From a virus (lineage: Duplodnaviria > Heunggongvirae > Uroviricota > Caudoviricetes), in the IMG/VR virus record IMGVR_UViG_2537561825_000009, positions 1-14,336 of that record: a DNA stretch of 14,336 nucleotides. One strand, written 5' to 3'. Positions within the stretch are counted from its first letter, which is position 1, and each line of letters starts with the position of its first letter. The notes beneath the pieces are model-generated. The model saw only the letters and a list, made by a program, of their open reading frames with translations, was not told the DNA's origin and ran no database searches. This document shows positions 1 through 8,051 of the stretch, piece by piece. The position numbers and the translations under genes were made by a program.

Positions 1-1
1 G

Positions 2-781
2 ATTCAGGACGCCCTGAAATCCTGTGGCTTACCGGTGGGTGCCGTGCAGGCGATTGATAATCCTGACCGTGCGCTGGTCAGTGAAATGCTGCGTATGGAT
101 AAATACATCGACATGCTGATCCCGCGTGGTGGCGCTGGTTTGCATAAACTGTGCCGCGAACAGTCGACGATCCCGGTGATCACAGGTGGTATAGGCGTAT
201 GCCATATTTATGTTGATGAAAGTGTAGAGATTGCTGAAGCATTAAAAGTGATCGTCAACGCGAAAACTCAGCGTCCGAGCACATGTAATACGGTAGAAAC
301 GTTGCTGGTGAATAAAAACATCGCCGATAGCTTCCTGCCCGCATTAAGCAAACAAATGGAGGAAAGCGGCGTGGCATTACACGCAGATGCAGCTGCGCTG
401 GCGCAGTTGCAGACAGGCCCCGCGAAGGTGGTGGCTGTTAAAGCGGAAGAGTATGACGATGAGTTTCTGTCATTAGATTTGAACGTCAAAATCGTCAGTG
501 ATCTTGACGATGCCATCGCCCATATTCGTGAACACGGCACACAACACTCCGATGCGATCCTGACCCGCGATATGCGCAACGCCCAGCGTTTTGTTAACGA
601 AGTGGATTCGTCCGCTGTTTACGTTAACGCCTCTACGCGTTTTACCGACGGCGGCCAGTTTGGACTGGGTGCGGAAGTGGCGGTAAGCACACAAAAACTC
701 CACGCGCGTGGCCCAATGGGGCTGGAAGCACTGACCACTTACAAGTGGATCGGTATTGGTGATTACACCATTCGTGCGTAA
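2..781 (+). CDS. proA: gamma-glutamyl phosphate reductase, C-terminal part (5' end lies upstream of the window)
   Basis: The frame is open from the window start to a TAA at 779-781. The translation ends ...[23 protein letters not shown], which I recognise as the enterobacterial ProA C-terminus. thrW follows immediately, as in the E. coli proA-thrW arrangement. Confidence 0.9.
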   Translation: MQDALKSCGLPVGAVQAIDNPDRALVSEMLRMDKYIDMLIPRGGAGLHKLCREQSTIPVITGGIGVCHIYVDESVEIAEALKVIVNAKTQRPSTCNTVETLLVNKNIADSFLPALSKQMEESGVALHADAAALAQLQTGPAKVVAVKAEEYDDEFLSLDLNVKIVSDLDDAIAHIREHGTQHSDAILTRDMRNAQRFVNEVDSSAVYVNASTRFTDGGQFGLGAEVAVSTQKLHARGPMGLEALTTYKWIGIGDYTIRA

Positions 782-895
782 ATAAAACCGGGTGATGCAA
801 AAGTAGCCATTTGATTCACAAGGCCATTGACGCATCGCCCGGTTAGTTTTAACCTTGTCCACCGTGATTCACGTTCGTGAACATGTCCTTTCAGG

Positions 896-971
896 GCCGA
901 TATAGCTCAGTTGGTAGAGCAGCGCATTCGTAATGCGAAGGTCGTAGGTTCGACTCCTATTATCGGCACCA
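896..971 (+). tRNA. thrW: tRNA-Thr (anticodon CGU)
   Basis: 76-nt sequence GCCGATATAGCTCAGTTGGTAGAGCAGCGCATTCGTAATGCGAAGGTCGTAGGTTCGACTCCTATTATCGGCACCA. The acceptor stem GCCGATA/TATCGGC pairs, the D-arm is GCTC...GAGC, the T-arm is GGTTCGACTCC, the anticodon loop carries CGT, and the 3' end is CCA. Confidence 0.93.
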
Positions 972-985
972 TTAAAATCAATAAG
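926..985. other. putative prophage attachment site (attL) overlapping the 3' half of thrW; exact core not determinable from one junction
   Basis: The integrase stop codon (986-988, minus strand) lies 14 bp past the tRNA CCA end. P22-type integrases recombine within the 3' end of thrW (established knowledge). The attR copy is not in the window, so the core length is inferred. Confidence 0.3.
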
Positions 986-2149
986 TTACACATCATTAGT
1001 ACCTTCCTTATTTTTTGACTGGGACAAATTTGGGACCGGTGGGTTCAGGATCGAGTCTATTTGCCGTGCGTGTTCGGTAAGGTGATTAGGTGCAAGGTGA
1101 GCATATCGACGAACCATTTCGATAGACTCCCAGCCTCCCATTTCCTGTAACACTGACAACGGGACTCCGGCTTGAACCAGCCAACTTGCCCAGGTGTGTC
1201 TCAAGTCGTGAAATCTGAAATCATCAATACCAGCCCGTCTCAGCGCCGCTTTCCAGGCTGTGTTTGCGTCATACCGCATCTTCCTTACTGTTGGCGCTTT
1301 CGTTCCGTCTGGTTTGGTACAGCTTTCCTTGTACACAAATACCCAACGGTGATGATTCCCGATTTGTTTTTTCAATACGCGACATGCAGTATCATTCAGC
1401 GCAACGCCAATTGCGCGGTTTGATTTACTCTCTTCCGGGTTTATCCATGCCACCCGGCGCTGCATATCTATTTGTTGCCATTCAAGGTTGATGATGTTCG
1501 AGCGTCTTAAGCCTGTTGCCAGTGCAAATTCAACAACAGACTTTAATGGCTCCGGACATTCATCAATCAGCCTTTGTGCTTCATGGGGCTTCAGCCAGCG
1601 GATCCGTTTATTCTTTGGTTGAGGCACTTTAATAATTGGTGCCTTATCCAGCATTTTCCATTCACGCTCTGCGGCTCTTAGTAGGGCCTTTATAAATGAA
1701 AGATGCGTAGCCTTCGTTGCAACGGACGCTGGTTTTGGCGTGTATTCTGGAACAGGTTTCCCTTTTTTTCTGCATGCTTCTGCCCTGAGTTTCCAGTTTT
1801 CCTCATGACGCCGGTTCGTCATTTTCTGCATTGCTGAATAAATTTTTGATTCAGTAATGTCTCTTAGTTGCATTCCTGCGAAATGTTGAAGCCAGAATCC
1901 GATCCGGCTTTTGTCATCGTCCAGTGATTTTTTATGTGCTTTCTCTTCAAGCCACCTGACACACGCTTCCTCGAACGTTATATCAGGTATTTCACCAAGT
2001 TTGCTGACCCGCCATGCTTCAGCCTTTAGCTTGTCATGGAGTTCTGTCGCCTGCCTTTTGTCCTTTGTTCCAAGAGACTGTTTAAATCTTTTACCGTTCG
2101 GCAATGTGAAACTGGCGTACCATATTTCACCTCTGCGGAAGAGTGACAT
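986..2149 (-). CDS. int: tyrosine site-specific integrase, P22 Int-like (387 aa)
   Basis: N-terminus [41 protein letters not shown] and C-terminal catalytic region ...[42 protein letters not shown] (R..HxxR..Y signature) match the P22 integrase as I recall it. An SD (AGAGGAAAG) precedes the ATG, and the gene sits next to the tRNA. Confidence 0.95.
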   Translation of the reverse strand: MSLFRRGEIWYASFTLPNGKRFKQSLGTKDKRQATELHDKLKAEAWRVSKLGEIPDITFEEACVRWLEEKAHKKSLDDDKSRIGFWLQHFAGMQLRDITESKIYSAMQKMTNRRHEENWKLRAEACRKKGKPVPEYTPKPASVATKATHLSFIKALLRAAEREWKMLDKAPIIKVPQPKNKRIRWLKPHEAQRLIDECPEPLKSVVEFALATGLRRSNIINLEWQQIDMQRRVAWINPEESKSNRAIGVALNDTACRVLKKQIGNHHRWVFVYKESCTKPDGTKAPTVRKMRYDANTAWKAALRRAGIDDFRFHDLRHTWASWLVQAGVPLSVLQEMGGWESIEMVRRYAHLAPNHLTEHARQIDSILNPPVPNLSQSKNKEGTNDV

Positions 2150-2376
2150 TTTCTTTCCTCTGTTATGCCATCACCCGCGCTCACCTGGACAGTATGCAGC
2201 GGAGACTGAAGAGCCGCAATGCAGGCTTGTCGTGTTGTGAGGTAAGGAGATTTATTCTTAGTGGGATCTTTGCGTGTTGCCTGAAGACGCCCTGTGCGTA
2301 TCCAGTTAATGGCAGTCGGTCTGGATATCTTGAGAAAATGACAGGCCTCATCGAGTGTGAGGCTGTATGGCTCCAT
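2026..2376 (-). CDS. xis: excisionase, P22 Xis-like (116 aa), 3' end overlapping int
   Basis: Internal Met of ORF 2026..2460 begins [36 protein letters not shown], a helix-turn-helix excisionase-like N-terminus. The resulting length of 116 aa matches P22 Xis. Its ATG overlaps the TAA of the upstream ORF (TAATG at 2374-2378 on the minus strand). Confidence 0.75.
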   Translation of the reverse strand: MEPYSLTLDEACHFLKISRPTAINWIRTGRLQATRKDPTKNKSPYLTTRQACIAALQSPLHTVQVSAGDGITEERKCHSSAEVKYGTPVSHCRTVKDLNSLLEQRTKGRRQNSMTS

Positions 2377-2681
2377 TATTTCACCTCTTGCTGTGACATT
2401 GTTGAAAAATGGATACCAGCTCGTTGCTGCCAGACGATCCAACCGAGAGTCATATCCCATGCCATGTATTCGTTATTGCCGTTTTTTGCTCTCCGACGAT
2501 CTACTAAGTCACCGAAACGCTTTTCCATGAATAATTCATAAGCTTCGCGTTCATCTGGTTCTACTTCCAGAGATAGGAGTGCGATTTCATAAGCACGGCG
2601 CTCAATATCGTCTCGCACGTCAAGGCTGCTGATACGCTCTTTAATTTCTTTAATCAGTTCTTTGTCGGTAAAAGTGGTCAT
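2376..2681 (-). CDS. yfdT: hypothetical prophage early protein (101 aa), YfdT-like by size and position
   Basis: Acidic, helical-looking ORF (MTTFTDKELIKEIKERISSLDVRDDIERRAYEIALL...) translationally coupled to both neighbours. Its length and place in the operon fit the yfdPQRST pattern as I recall it. No motif recognised. Confidence 0.5.
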   Translation of the reverse strand: MTTFTDKELIKEIKERISSLDVRDDIERRAYEIALLSLEVEPDEREAYELFMEKRFGDLVDRRRAKNGNNEYMAWDMTLGWIVWQQRAGIHFSTMSQQEVK

Positions 2682-3043
2682 TATGCTCCAGCCTCCGGTG
2701 CTTTTGGCATTACTGCCCAGTGAGTGATATTGACGTTTTCAAGGTCCCCGACCTGAAATGTCCACTGCCATTCTCCGGTTTCTTTTTGTCCCCAGGTGTA
2801 CCAGAGAGAACGCCAGCCAATTAGCCAGCCTTCTCCGTTAGCATCGAATAACAAAACACTTTCATTTGCTGGTGGCAGTTCAGTTGACACTGGTATTACT
2901 TTGTTTTCCTGTGCTGCACATTTAGCTTCAAGCGCATCGAATTTACGCACCAGGTATTCAGCATCTGTTTCATTTACTTTCAGATCTCGCGGTACACATC
3001 TCCCACGAAGAAACCCTTCCATTTCGAAAACATTCATGCGCAT
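2681..3043 (-). CDS. yfdS: DUF551-like prophage protein (120 aa), YfdS-like
   Basis: Trp-rich C-terminal half (...GWLIGWRSLWYTWGQKETGEWQWTF...NITHWAVMPKAPEAG) resembles the DUF551 signature (...THWMPLPEPP). The ORF overlaps its upstream and downstream neighbours. Confidence 0.6.
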   Translation of the reverse strand: MRMNVFEMEGFLRGRCVPRDLKVNETDAEYLVRKFDALEAKCAAQENKVIPVSTELPPANESVLLFDANGEGWLIGWRSLWYTWGQKETGEWQWTFQVGDLENVNITHWAVMPKAPEAGA

Positions 3044-3570
3044 TTGCGTAACTCCGATAACTCGTTAAAGCGTTCCATAAACATCCCGTAGGCATGGCCC
3101 GGTGCCAGTGGAATCACGTTGAACATCTCTGTTGCCGGGATACCTTCCAGTACAGGCCAGAAAGAGCCATCATCAAGCCCGAGATCGCGGCGTTCGGTTG
3201 CCAGCATGATGAGATCGGCATATTTCACGGGCGTACTCATAACTGGGGGTAACCCGTATTTCTCACGGATTACGGCGTCTATTTTTTCTTCCATTTGTTT
3301 ATAGTCAGGAAGAAGGCGTTTCAGTGGTGCGGGAATGTCCTGGCAATACGCTTCTGTTGCATCATGCATTAACGCTTCAAAAGCAAATTCCTGCGGCACC
3401 AGCTGGCTGCAAAGAACCGCATGTTGGGCGACGCTGTAGAAGTGCGAAAGATGACCGGCAAAGCGACAGATATTTGAAAGGGAAACCGCGATATCGTTAA
3501 TATCGATGTCGTCTTTATTTATCCTGTCATAATAAAAATGCTTCCCGGAAAAAGTTTTAATAAATGACAT
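3034..3570 (-). CDS. yfdR: HD-domain phosphohydrolase / 5'-deoxynucleotidase-like (178 aa), YfdR-like
   Basis: His...HD metal-binding signature (FAGHLSHFYSVAQHAVL ... ALMHDATEAY). Start chosen at the ATG at 3570, which is preceded by GTGGAGAACAAA (an SD), rather than the GTG at 3597. The 178-aa length equals YfdR. Confidence 0.75.
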   Translation of the reverse strand: MSFIKTFSGKHFYYDRINKDDIDINDIAVSLSNICRFAGHLSHFYSVAQHAVLCSQLVPQEFAFEALMHDATEAYCQDIPAPLKRLLPDYKQMEEKIDAVIREKYGLPPVMSTPVKYADLIMLATERRDLGLDDGSFWPVLEGIPATEMFNVIPLAPGHAYGMFMERFNELSELRKCA

Positions 3571-3697
3571 TTTGTTCTCCACGTATATGCGCTGCACCGC
3601 GCTGAATTCTGGTAAAAAGAATCCCTCACCATCCGGCGATTATTGAGTAAATTACGTTTCCATAAATGCCCCCGCAGGGGCATTTGCAGTAATGAAA

Positions 3698-4522
3698 TCA
3701 GGCGGTGAAAGTACCAATAAAGGTTTCTACTTTGCTGTCCTTGAATTTCTCAACAAGCAGCTCACGAAATTCGTTAGCCATTTCTTCCTGCACCGCCTCC
3801 AGCTGAATAATGCGCAGAACCAGTACAGGACGATCGCCAGTGATAATACTGAGGCGTAATTTAAACGGACGTTCTTTCAGACCTTCAAACGGAACGCATT
3901 TAAATTCAAATGCCACTGGCATAATGTCTTTGGTCTTCGCTTCGACAGACTCCATCAGGGAGCGTTTGCCGCTGAAGTCATTATCTTCAAAATCAGCGGT
4001 CTGGTTTGCTTCAATCGTGATTTTACGGACAGCCGCAGCCGCTTTTGTTGCCTGAATAGCGTCACCATTAGCATCAAAGCCCACAAGATAGTCGGCCCAG
4101 TCTTCAATCCATTCTGCTAGTGACTTCTGGGAGTTACGCTCGCCGTTAACAGACAACAGAGCAGAGAACGGTGCTGTCTTTTTCAGTTTGAGTGTGGCGG
4201 TGTTATCTGCGTGACCTGGTTCATCAATAGTACCTAGGTTAAGCACACTGACGGCACGCATATTATCAGCATCGATAAAGCAGCGGGTGCCTTCATCTGC
4301 AAGATCTTTAGAATAACGGGTAAAATCATCGATGCTGGCAGTGGAAAGCGCACCACGGAAACGGAAGCGATTTAAATTAAATTTTTCCAGATCATGAATG
4401 CGGAAATTCTCAGGCAATGCCACAGCATCGGCACCAATCTTACTGATAATTTCATTAACACCCTGAGCAGAAATAAGGGCATGGATTTGATTAATTGCGG
4501 TTGCGTCTAAGTTCTGAGACAT
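3698..4522 (-). CDS. yfdQ: DUF2303-family prophage protein (274 aa), YfdQ-like
   Basis: Clean 274-aa ORF with an SD (GTGAGGA) 8 nt before the ATG. Size and neighbourhood (between the yfdP-like and HD genes) match YfdQ. Family assignment is from memory, not alignment. Confidence 0.7.
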   Translation of the reverse strand: MSQNLDATAINQIHALISAQGVNEIISKIGADAVALPENFRIHDLEKFNLNRFRFRGALSTASIDDFTRYSKDLADEGTRCFIDADNMRAVSVLNLGTIDEPGHADNTATLKLKKTAPFSALLSVNGERNSQKSLAEWIEDWADYLVGFDANGDAIQATKAAAAVRKITIEANQTADFEDNDFSGKRSLMESVEAKTKDIMPVAFEFKCVPFEGLKERPFKLRLSIITGDRPVLVLRIIQLEAVQEEMANEFRELLVEKFKDSKVETFIGTFTA

Positions 4523-4587
4523 AATAAGTCCTCACTATATAAAGATATTCAGTGATGAGATAAATAATCAGTTAATTAAAAACGATA

Positions 4588-4950
4588 TTAACGACCTGCT
4601 GCGCGGAGTTTTCCGTCAGGTTCACCGGCAAGAGTCAGCAACTGTCCCTGGTCTTCCTGCAGAATAGTCAGGCGACCACCGCGATTGACATACATCGGCG
4701 TTTCGGTGGTGTCTTCTTCGGAAATTTTCCCGCGGTTAGTCGGGCGAACATATGAGAGTTTGTGTTTGATTTTCACTCGGTTCTCATCAAACGGTTCGAT
4801 TTCTAGGTTGAGCGAGACCTTACCTTTGGTTTTCGTGTTCATCACACCGGAAGCGACTTCACTGAGAACTGCGCCGATTTTGGTTTCAAATACGCCGCCG
4901 TCCAGCTCCCCGATAAATGCCTGCACATCAGTACTGCGTTCGCTAGCCAT
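4588..4950 (-). CDS. yfdP: hypothetical prophage early protein (120 aa), YfdP-like; first gene of the leftward operon
   Basis: ATG at 4950 is preceded by AGGAGCAGCAAA (SD AGGAG, roughly 7 nt spacer). The longer 226-aa upstream extension in the ORF track runs through the GC-rich hairpin region and lacks a better start. Confidence 0.6.
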   Translation of the reverse strand: MASERSTDVQAFIGELDGGVFETKIGAVLSEVASGVMNTKTKGKVSLNLEIEPFDENRVKIKHKLSYVRPTNRGKISEEDTTETPMYVNRGGRLTILQEDQGQLLTLAGEPDGKLRAAGR

Positions 4951-4998
4951 TTTGCTGCTCCTCATCATATCGACCCTGCAAGGTCGGTTAGTTTCTCC

Positions 4999-5087
4999 AC
5001 AAAACAGAGAAGAACACCTGCGGTGACTGCCGCCCGGATGGATTGGGTTATGAGCCCGTCGTCCGGTGATGCTCTTCTCTGTTTTGT
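4999..5087. repeat. long perfect inverted repeat (15-bp arms ACAAAACAGAGAAGA / TCTTCTCTGTTTTGT, 59-nt spacer) in the GC-rich leader of the leftward operon
   Basis: Arms at 4999-5013 and 5073-5087 are exact reverse complements. The spacer contains further short stems (GCGG..CCGC, CCGG..CCGG). Confidence 0.8.
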
Positions 5088-5096
5088 AAAAAGGAC

Positions 5097-5131
5097 GGTA
5101 CCAGCCGGAAGCAAGGGTACAAGCTGGTACC
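5097..5131. promoter_or_regulatory. operator-like inverted repeat GGTACCAGC-N17-GCTGGTACC with an internal GGTACAAG half-site (candidate OL)
   Basis: Shares the GGTACAAG / CTTGTACC half-site with the palindrome in the cI-cro intergenic region. It lies upstream of the first leftward early gene. Confidence 0.35.
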
Positions 5132-5419
5132 GCCAAGACTACACACAGCATAAAGTTGTGGTGCCGGGTGCCTCCCGGTGCCTGGCGAAGGTTGCACACC
5201 AGGCGGGTGGGTATCCACAGAAGGTCGACTGTCAGCCTCAACCTTAACCCGCGTGCGCTGAGCCGCATTCACCACAACGCTAAGGATTCTCTCTGGTTGA
5301 AAATACTTAGCTGTTATGTGCCTGCTTTTAGCCACATCAGGCGAGGTGGACCTAGTTATTCCCCAACAACAAGGATTCGGTTAATCTGGATATCCCCAAC
5401 AACAATAAGAGTATTCAAT

Positions 5420-5935
5420 GTGATCGCTGAATTAACGGCAGCAATGACGGCTATTCGTGAAATCGCCCAGATTGCAAAACTAATGAACGAGGCAAAAACT
5501 CAAGCTGAAGTAAATGCGGCTATTGGTGAGCTGAACTCAAAGCTTGCGTCTATTCAGCGCGAATGCGTGTCTCTCGTTGAACTGCTGGGCTCTTATCAAG
5601 AAATAAATGCTTCTCTCAAAGCTAAAATTGCAGAATTCGAAAACTTTGAGGCTCAGACGGAAGGCTATATCCTTAACCAACTTGAGTCGGGTACTTTTGT
5701 ATACTCGAAGGAGGTAATCGTGAACGGTGACAGCATAACCATGCATCTTTGCCCAAAATGTTTTGGACAAAAGATAGTATCGATACTTCAACCATTCCCG
5801 GTTAGCGAAGATGAGCTTTTTCATAAAAGCAGGTGCCTCCACTGTGAAAATAAGTTTCTGATGAATAAAAATCCGGATTACGTATCGCCTCCATCCATTG
5901 AGGAGTTGGCCAGAAAACTTAACGGCAATCTGTAG
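5420..5935 (+). CDS. hypothetical coiled-coil / C4 zinc-ribbon protein (about 171 aa from the GTG at 5420, or 163 aa from the ATG at 5444); immunity-region moron
   Basis: N-terminal heptad-like segment (AIREIAQIAKLMNEAKTQAEVNAAIGELNSKLASIQRE...) and C-terminal CPKCFGQ...CLHCENKF (CxxC-N29-CxxC). It is on the strand opposite to both flanking operons and has its own intrinsic terminator. The start codon is uncertain because the SD is weak. Confidence 0.6.
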   Translation: MIAELTAAMTAIREIAQIAKLMNEAKTQAEVNAAIGELNSKLASIQRECVSLVELLGSYQEINASLKAKIAEFENFEAQTEGYILNQLESGTFVYSKEVIVNGDSITMHLCPKCFGQKIVSILQPFPVSEDELFHKSRCLHCENKFLMNKNPDYVSPPSIEELARKLNGNL

Positions 5936-5974
5936 ATTGCTACTGTTGTGGATATCCAGATTGTTAAAGAGCGA

Positions 5975-5998
5975 AGCGTCCTATAGGGCGCTTTTTTG
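5975..5998 (+). terminator. rho-independent terminator of the moron gene
   Basis: Stem AGCGTCC / GGGCGCT (7 bp, one G-U pair) with a TATA loop, followed by TTTTTT, 40 bp after the stop codon. The reverse strand has no T-tract. Confidence 0.7.
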
Positions 5999-6077
5999 TT
6001 GCTAACGAATCATCCTGGACTTCATATGCTCCAGGGGGCTACTTCGTGGGCGTCCTGCCTGTTTGTTGTTTCTCTTG

Positions 6078-6114
6078 GGTACATTATGTATCTCAAAGGT
6101 ACATTGTCAAGTAT
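6078..6114. promoter_or_regulatory. pair of operator-like GGTACAT sites (GGTACATTATGTATC and GGTACATTGTCAAGTAT) just beyond the cI terminator
   Basis: Same GGTACAT core as the site overlapping the cro SD and start codon (6903-6916). Confidence 0.3.
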
Positions 6115-6136
6115 AAAAAAACCTGCCGAAGCAGGT
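6114..6136 (-). terminator. rho-independent terminator of the cI transcript
   Basis: Hairpin ACCTGC-cgaa-GCAGGT (6121-6136) followed on the minus strand by a 7-nt U-tract (A-run 6114-6120 on plus), 14 bp after the cI stop. Confidence 0.65.
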
Positions 6137-6149
6137 TCATAAACATTGA

Positions 6150-6824
6150 TTAGGCTTTGATTTTGTATCTTCTTGGTTTTCCTGAGAAAATCACAGTTCC
6201 AATTATAGAGCAATTACCGTTGATCTTAATGTAAGGCTCAGGCCAGTTTGGGTTTAACGCTTTGAGATAACGCTGTGTCCCATCTTCTATCAACCTTTTG
6301 AAGGTGGTTTCACCTGTATCGTGCATCAATGCAATAACGTCGTCACCGTGGCAGGCAGGTACTTCAGGATCGACAAAAATCATGTCTCCCGGGCGGTACT
6401 CATCAATCATTGAATCACCTATCACCCGCAAGATATAAGTCATTTCCCCACAGGGTACAGGGCAGGGATACGTTTCTGCTGTGCTCAAATCAACCTCAGA
6501 ATATCCAACTTCTTTCCATGCTCCGGCCTGTACCCATGATATGACAGGGACTAATGTGATTTGTTTATTAGTGATTGAAACATCAGGTTTTTTTGTGATG
6601 TTCGTTGTCTGGTGTTCTTGATCGAGCCATCCGACAGGCAGGTCGAAACATTTTTCGATGTGTCGTGCCATGCTGTCACCGATATTTTTAGTAGCACCAT
6701 CTCCCATAAACCTGCTGGTCTGGGTTGGCTCGCGATCAATCATAGTGGCAAAGGAAGAATTCCCGCCAACACCATCTCTCAGTTTTCTGGCGTTAGACCG
6801 CCGGATGTCATGGATTGTTTTCAT
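6150..6824 (-). CDS. CI-type prophage repressor with C-terminal LexA-like S24 peptidase domain (224 aa)
   Basis: N-terminal HTH-like region, long linker, then an S24 autopeptidase core with GDSM (Ser nucleophile) and a downstream TFKRL lysine. Divergent from the cro-like gene across an operator-bearing intergenic region. Confidence 0.88.
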   Translation of the reverse strand: MKTIHDIRRSNARKLRDGVGGNSSFATMIDREPTQTSRFMGDGATKNIGDSMARHIEKCFDLPVGWLDQEHQTTNITKKPDVSITNKQITLVPVISWVQAGAWKEVGYSEVDLSTAETYPCPVPCGEMTYILRVIGDSMIDEYRPGDMIFVDPEVPACHGDDVIALMHDTGETTFKRLIEDGTQRYLKALNPNWPEPYIKINGNCSIIGTVIFSGKPRRYKIKA

Positions 6825-6839
6825 AACGAAATTAAAACC

Positions 6840-6860
6840 CTTGTACCGTTAAGGTACAAG
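6840..6860. promoter_or_regulatory. operator palindrome CTTGTACC-GTTAA-GGTACAAG in the cI/cro divergent promoter region (OR)
   Basis: Perfect 8-bp inverted arms located 16 bp upstream of the cI ATG and immediately upstream of the candidate pR -35 element. Confidence 0.6.
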
Positions 6861-6864
6861 TATC

Positions 6865-6892
6865 TTGAAGGTTCATTTCAATCATGTAATAT
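6865..6892 (+). promoter_or_regulatory. candidate pR promoter for the cro-like gene (-35 TTGAAG, 16-bp spacer, -10 TAATAT)
   Basis: Hexamers and spacing read from the sequence. The predicted transcript start is about 20 nt before the cro ATG and includes the GGAGG SD. Confidence 0.4.
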
Positions 6893-6914
6893 GTACGCCG
6901 GAGGTACATATTGT

Positions 6915-7115
6915 ATGAAAGCGTATTGGGACTCTTTAACCAAAGAACAGCAGGGCGAGTTGGCCGGAAAAGTTGGCTCAACACCTGGCTACTTACGGCT
7001 GGGTTTCAATGGCTATAAAAAAGCCAGTTTTGTGCTGGCTAAAAAACTTGAGCAATGCACGTCAGGTGCAATTACGAAATCTGACTTAAGACCGGATATC
7101 TATCCGAAAGATTAG
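6915..7115 (+). CDS. Cro-like HTH regulator, YdaS family (66 aa)
   Basis: ATG at 6915 is preceded by GGAGG with a 10-nt spacer. The protein ...LAKKLEQCTSGAITKSDLRPDIYPKD shares the C-terminal LRPDI motif I recall from YdaS-type Cro proteins. The 167-aa track ORF overlapping cI is a spurious extension. Confidence 0.8.
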   Translation: MKAYWDSLTKEQQGELAGKVGSTPGYLRLGFNGYKKASFVLAKKLEQCTSGAITKSDLRPDIYPKD

Positions 7116-7146
7116 CAGAACACTTTCAATTTTTAACCACAGAACG

Positions 7147-7716
7147 ATGAGGCTAATCGTGGGTAAGCATCACTGGAAAGTAGAAAAACAGCCTGAGTGG
7201 TACGTGAAAGCTGTCAGAAAAACTATCGCGGCGTTGCCGGGTGGTTACGCTGAAGCGGCTGACTGGCTCGATGTAACAGAAAACGCTTTATTCAACCGCC
7301 TTCGTGCAGATGGCGATCAGATTTTCCCGCTGGGATGGGCAATGGTTTTACAGCGTGCTGGTGGCACTCACTTCATTGCTGATGCTGTGGCGCAGTCTGC
7401 AAATGGCGTCTTTGTGTCTCTTCCTGACGTCGAAGATGTGGACAACGCCGATATTAACCAGCGTCTGCTGGAAGTCATTGAACAGATCGGCAGTTATTCA
7501 AAACAGATTCGTTCAGCAATCGAAGACGGTGTAGTGGAACCGCATGAGAAGACAGCAATTAACGACGAGCTGTATCTCTCAATTTCGAAGCTGCAGGAGC
7601 ATGCAGCACTTGTCTACAAAATTTTTTGCATTTCAGAAAGTAATGACGCCCGCGAGTGTGCAGCTCCGGGCGTCGTGGCGTCGATTGCTTCTGGTTGTGG
7701 AGAAACTAACGCATGA
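7147..7716 (+). CDS. CII-like / YdaT-like phage regulatory protein (189 aa; possible GTG start at 7159)
   Basis: Sits in the cII position directly after cro. Size and composition are consistent with the phage CII (CP76)/YdaT family. The GTG at 7159 has a closer GAGG SD than the ATG at 7147. Confidence 0.55.
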   Translation: MRLIVGKHHWKVEKQPEWYVKAVRKTIAALPGGYAEAADWLDVTENALFNRLRADGDQIFPLGWAMVLQRAGGTHFIADAVAQSANGVFVSLPDVEDVDNADINQRLLEVIEQIGSYSKQIRSAIEDGVVEPHEKTAINDELYLSISKLQEHAALVYKIFCISESNDARECAAPGVVASIASGCGETNA

Positions 7717-8051
7717 ACAGTTTAACAACACACTACCGTCGCTCGCAACTGATTGCGCTTCCTGTACCGGGTGGAAAAGCGAAGGTGGAATATTGCTATG
7801 CAGTGAATGTACCAGGTGACAGGGAAATTGTAACCCACAGCTTTGCAGAGTGGGCTGTGGGTGATTTCAACCGGCAGAAGGAGACAGTCCTTTGCGACAA
7901 GTTAACCGCTGGTTCAAAGATCACTACGGAGTGCCCGTCAGAGTCATTCGTTGGGAGCCGGAAACACAACGGGTTATCTACCTCCGCGAAGGTTATGAGC
8001 ATGAATGCTTCAGTCCGCTCGAACAGTTTCGTCGTAAATTCAGGGAAATAG
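7713..8051 (+). CDS. hypothetical protein (112 aa); possibly only the N-terminal half is genuine
   Basis: ATG overlaps the stop of the upstream gene (ATGA). The C-terminal third is Ser-rich and low-complexity, while another frame over the same DNA encodes a more protein-like sequence (see next feature). Confidence 0.4.
   Translation: MNSLTTHYRRSQLIALPVPGGKAKVEYCYAVNVPGDREIVTHSFAEWAVGDFNRQKETVLCDKLTAGSKITTECPSESFVGSRKHNGLSTSAKVMSMNASVRSNSFVVNSGK

Noticed and set aside
268-862. Minus-strand ORFs (103 and 129 aa) inside and just after proA
   Set aside because: Antisense to a well-recognised conserved gene; composition is not protein-like.
1172-2541. Plus-strand ORFs (83, 75, 109, 132 aa) overlapping int and xis
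   Set aside because: Antisense to confidently identified integrase and excisionase genes; no RBS or recognisable motifs.
4588-5268. 226-aa minus-strand ORF extending the yfdP-like gene upstream
   Set aside because: The extension runs through the GC-rich hairpin region, is Arg/Cys/Leu-rich and non-protein-like, and an internal ATG at 4950 has a proper AGGAG SD. The real gene is 4588..4950.
5048-5335. 95-aa minus-strand ORF with a basic N-terminus, considered as a possible N-like antiterminator
   Set aside because: It lies in the GC-rich structured DNA, overlaps the right arm of the long hairpin, and has a Pro/Gly-rich composition typical of GC-driven spurious ORFs. No RBS seen. Not excluded, but not supportable.
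4951-5419. Retron (msr/msd) interpretation of the long inverted repeat and stacked stems
   Set aside because: No reverse transcriptase gene follows on either strand; the next gene is a 171-aa coiled-coil/zinc-ribbon protein. A leader/antitermination or sRNA role is kept as a hypothesis instead.
5537-5842. 101-aa minus-strand ORF inside the moron
   Set aside because: Antisense to the more protein-like plus-strand gene; Phe/Leu/Lys/Arg-rich composition from the AT-skewed reverse frame.
6612-7115. 167-aa plus-strand ORF overlapping the cI start region
   Set aside because: Its first 100 codons are antisense to cI. The genuine cro-like gene starts at the ATG at 6915, which has a GGAGG SD.
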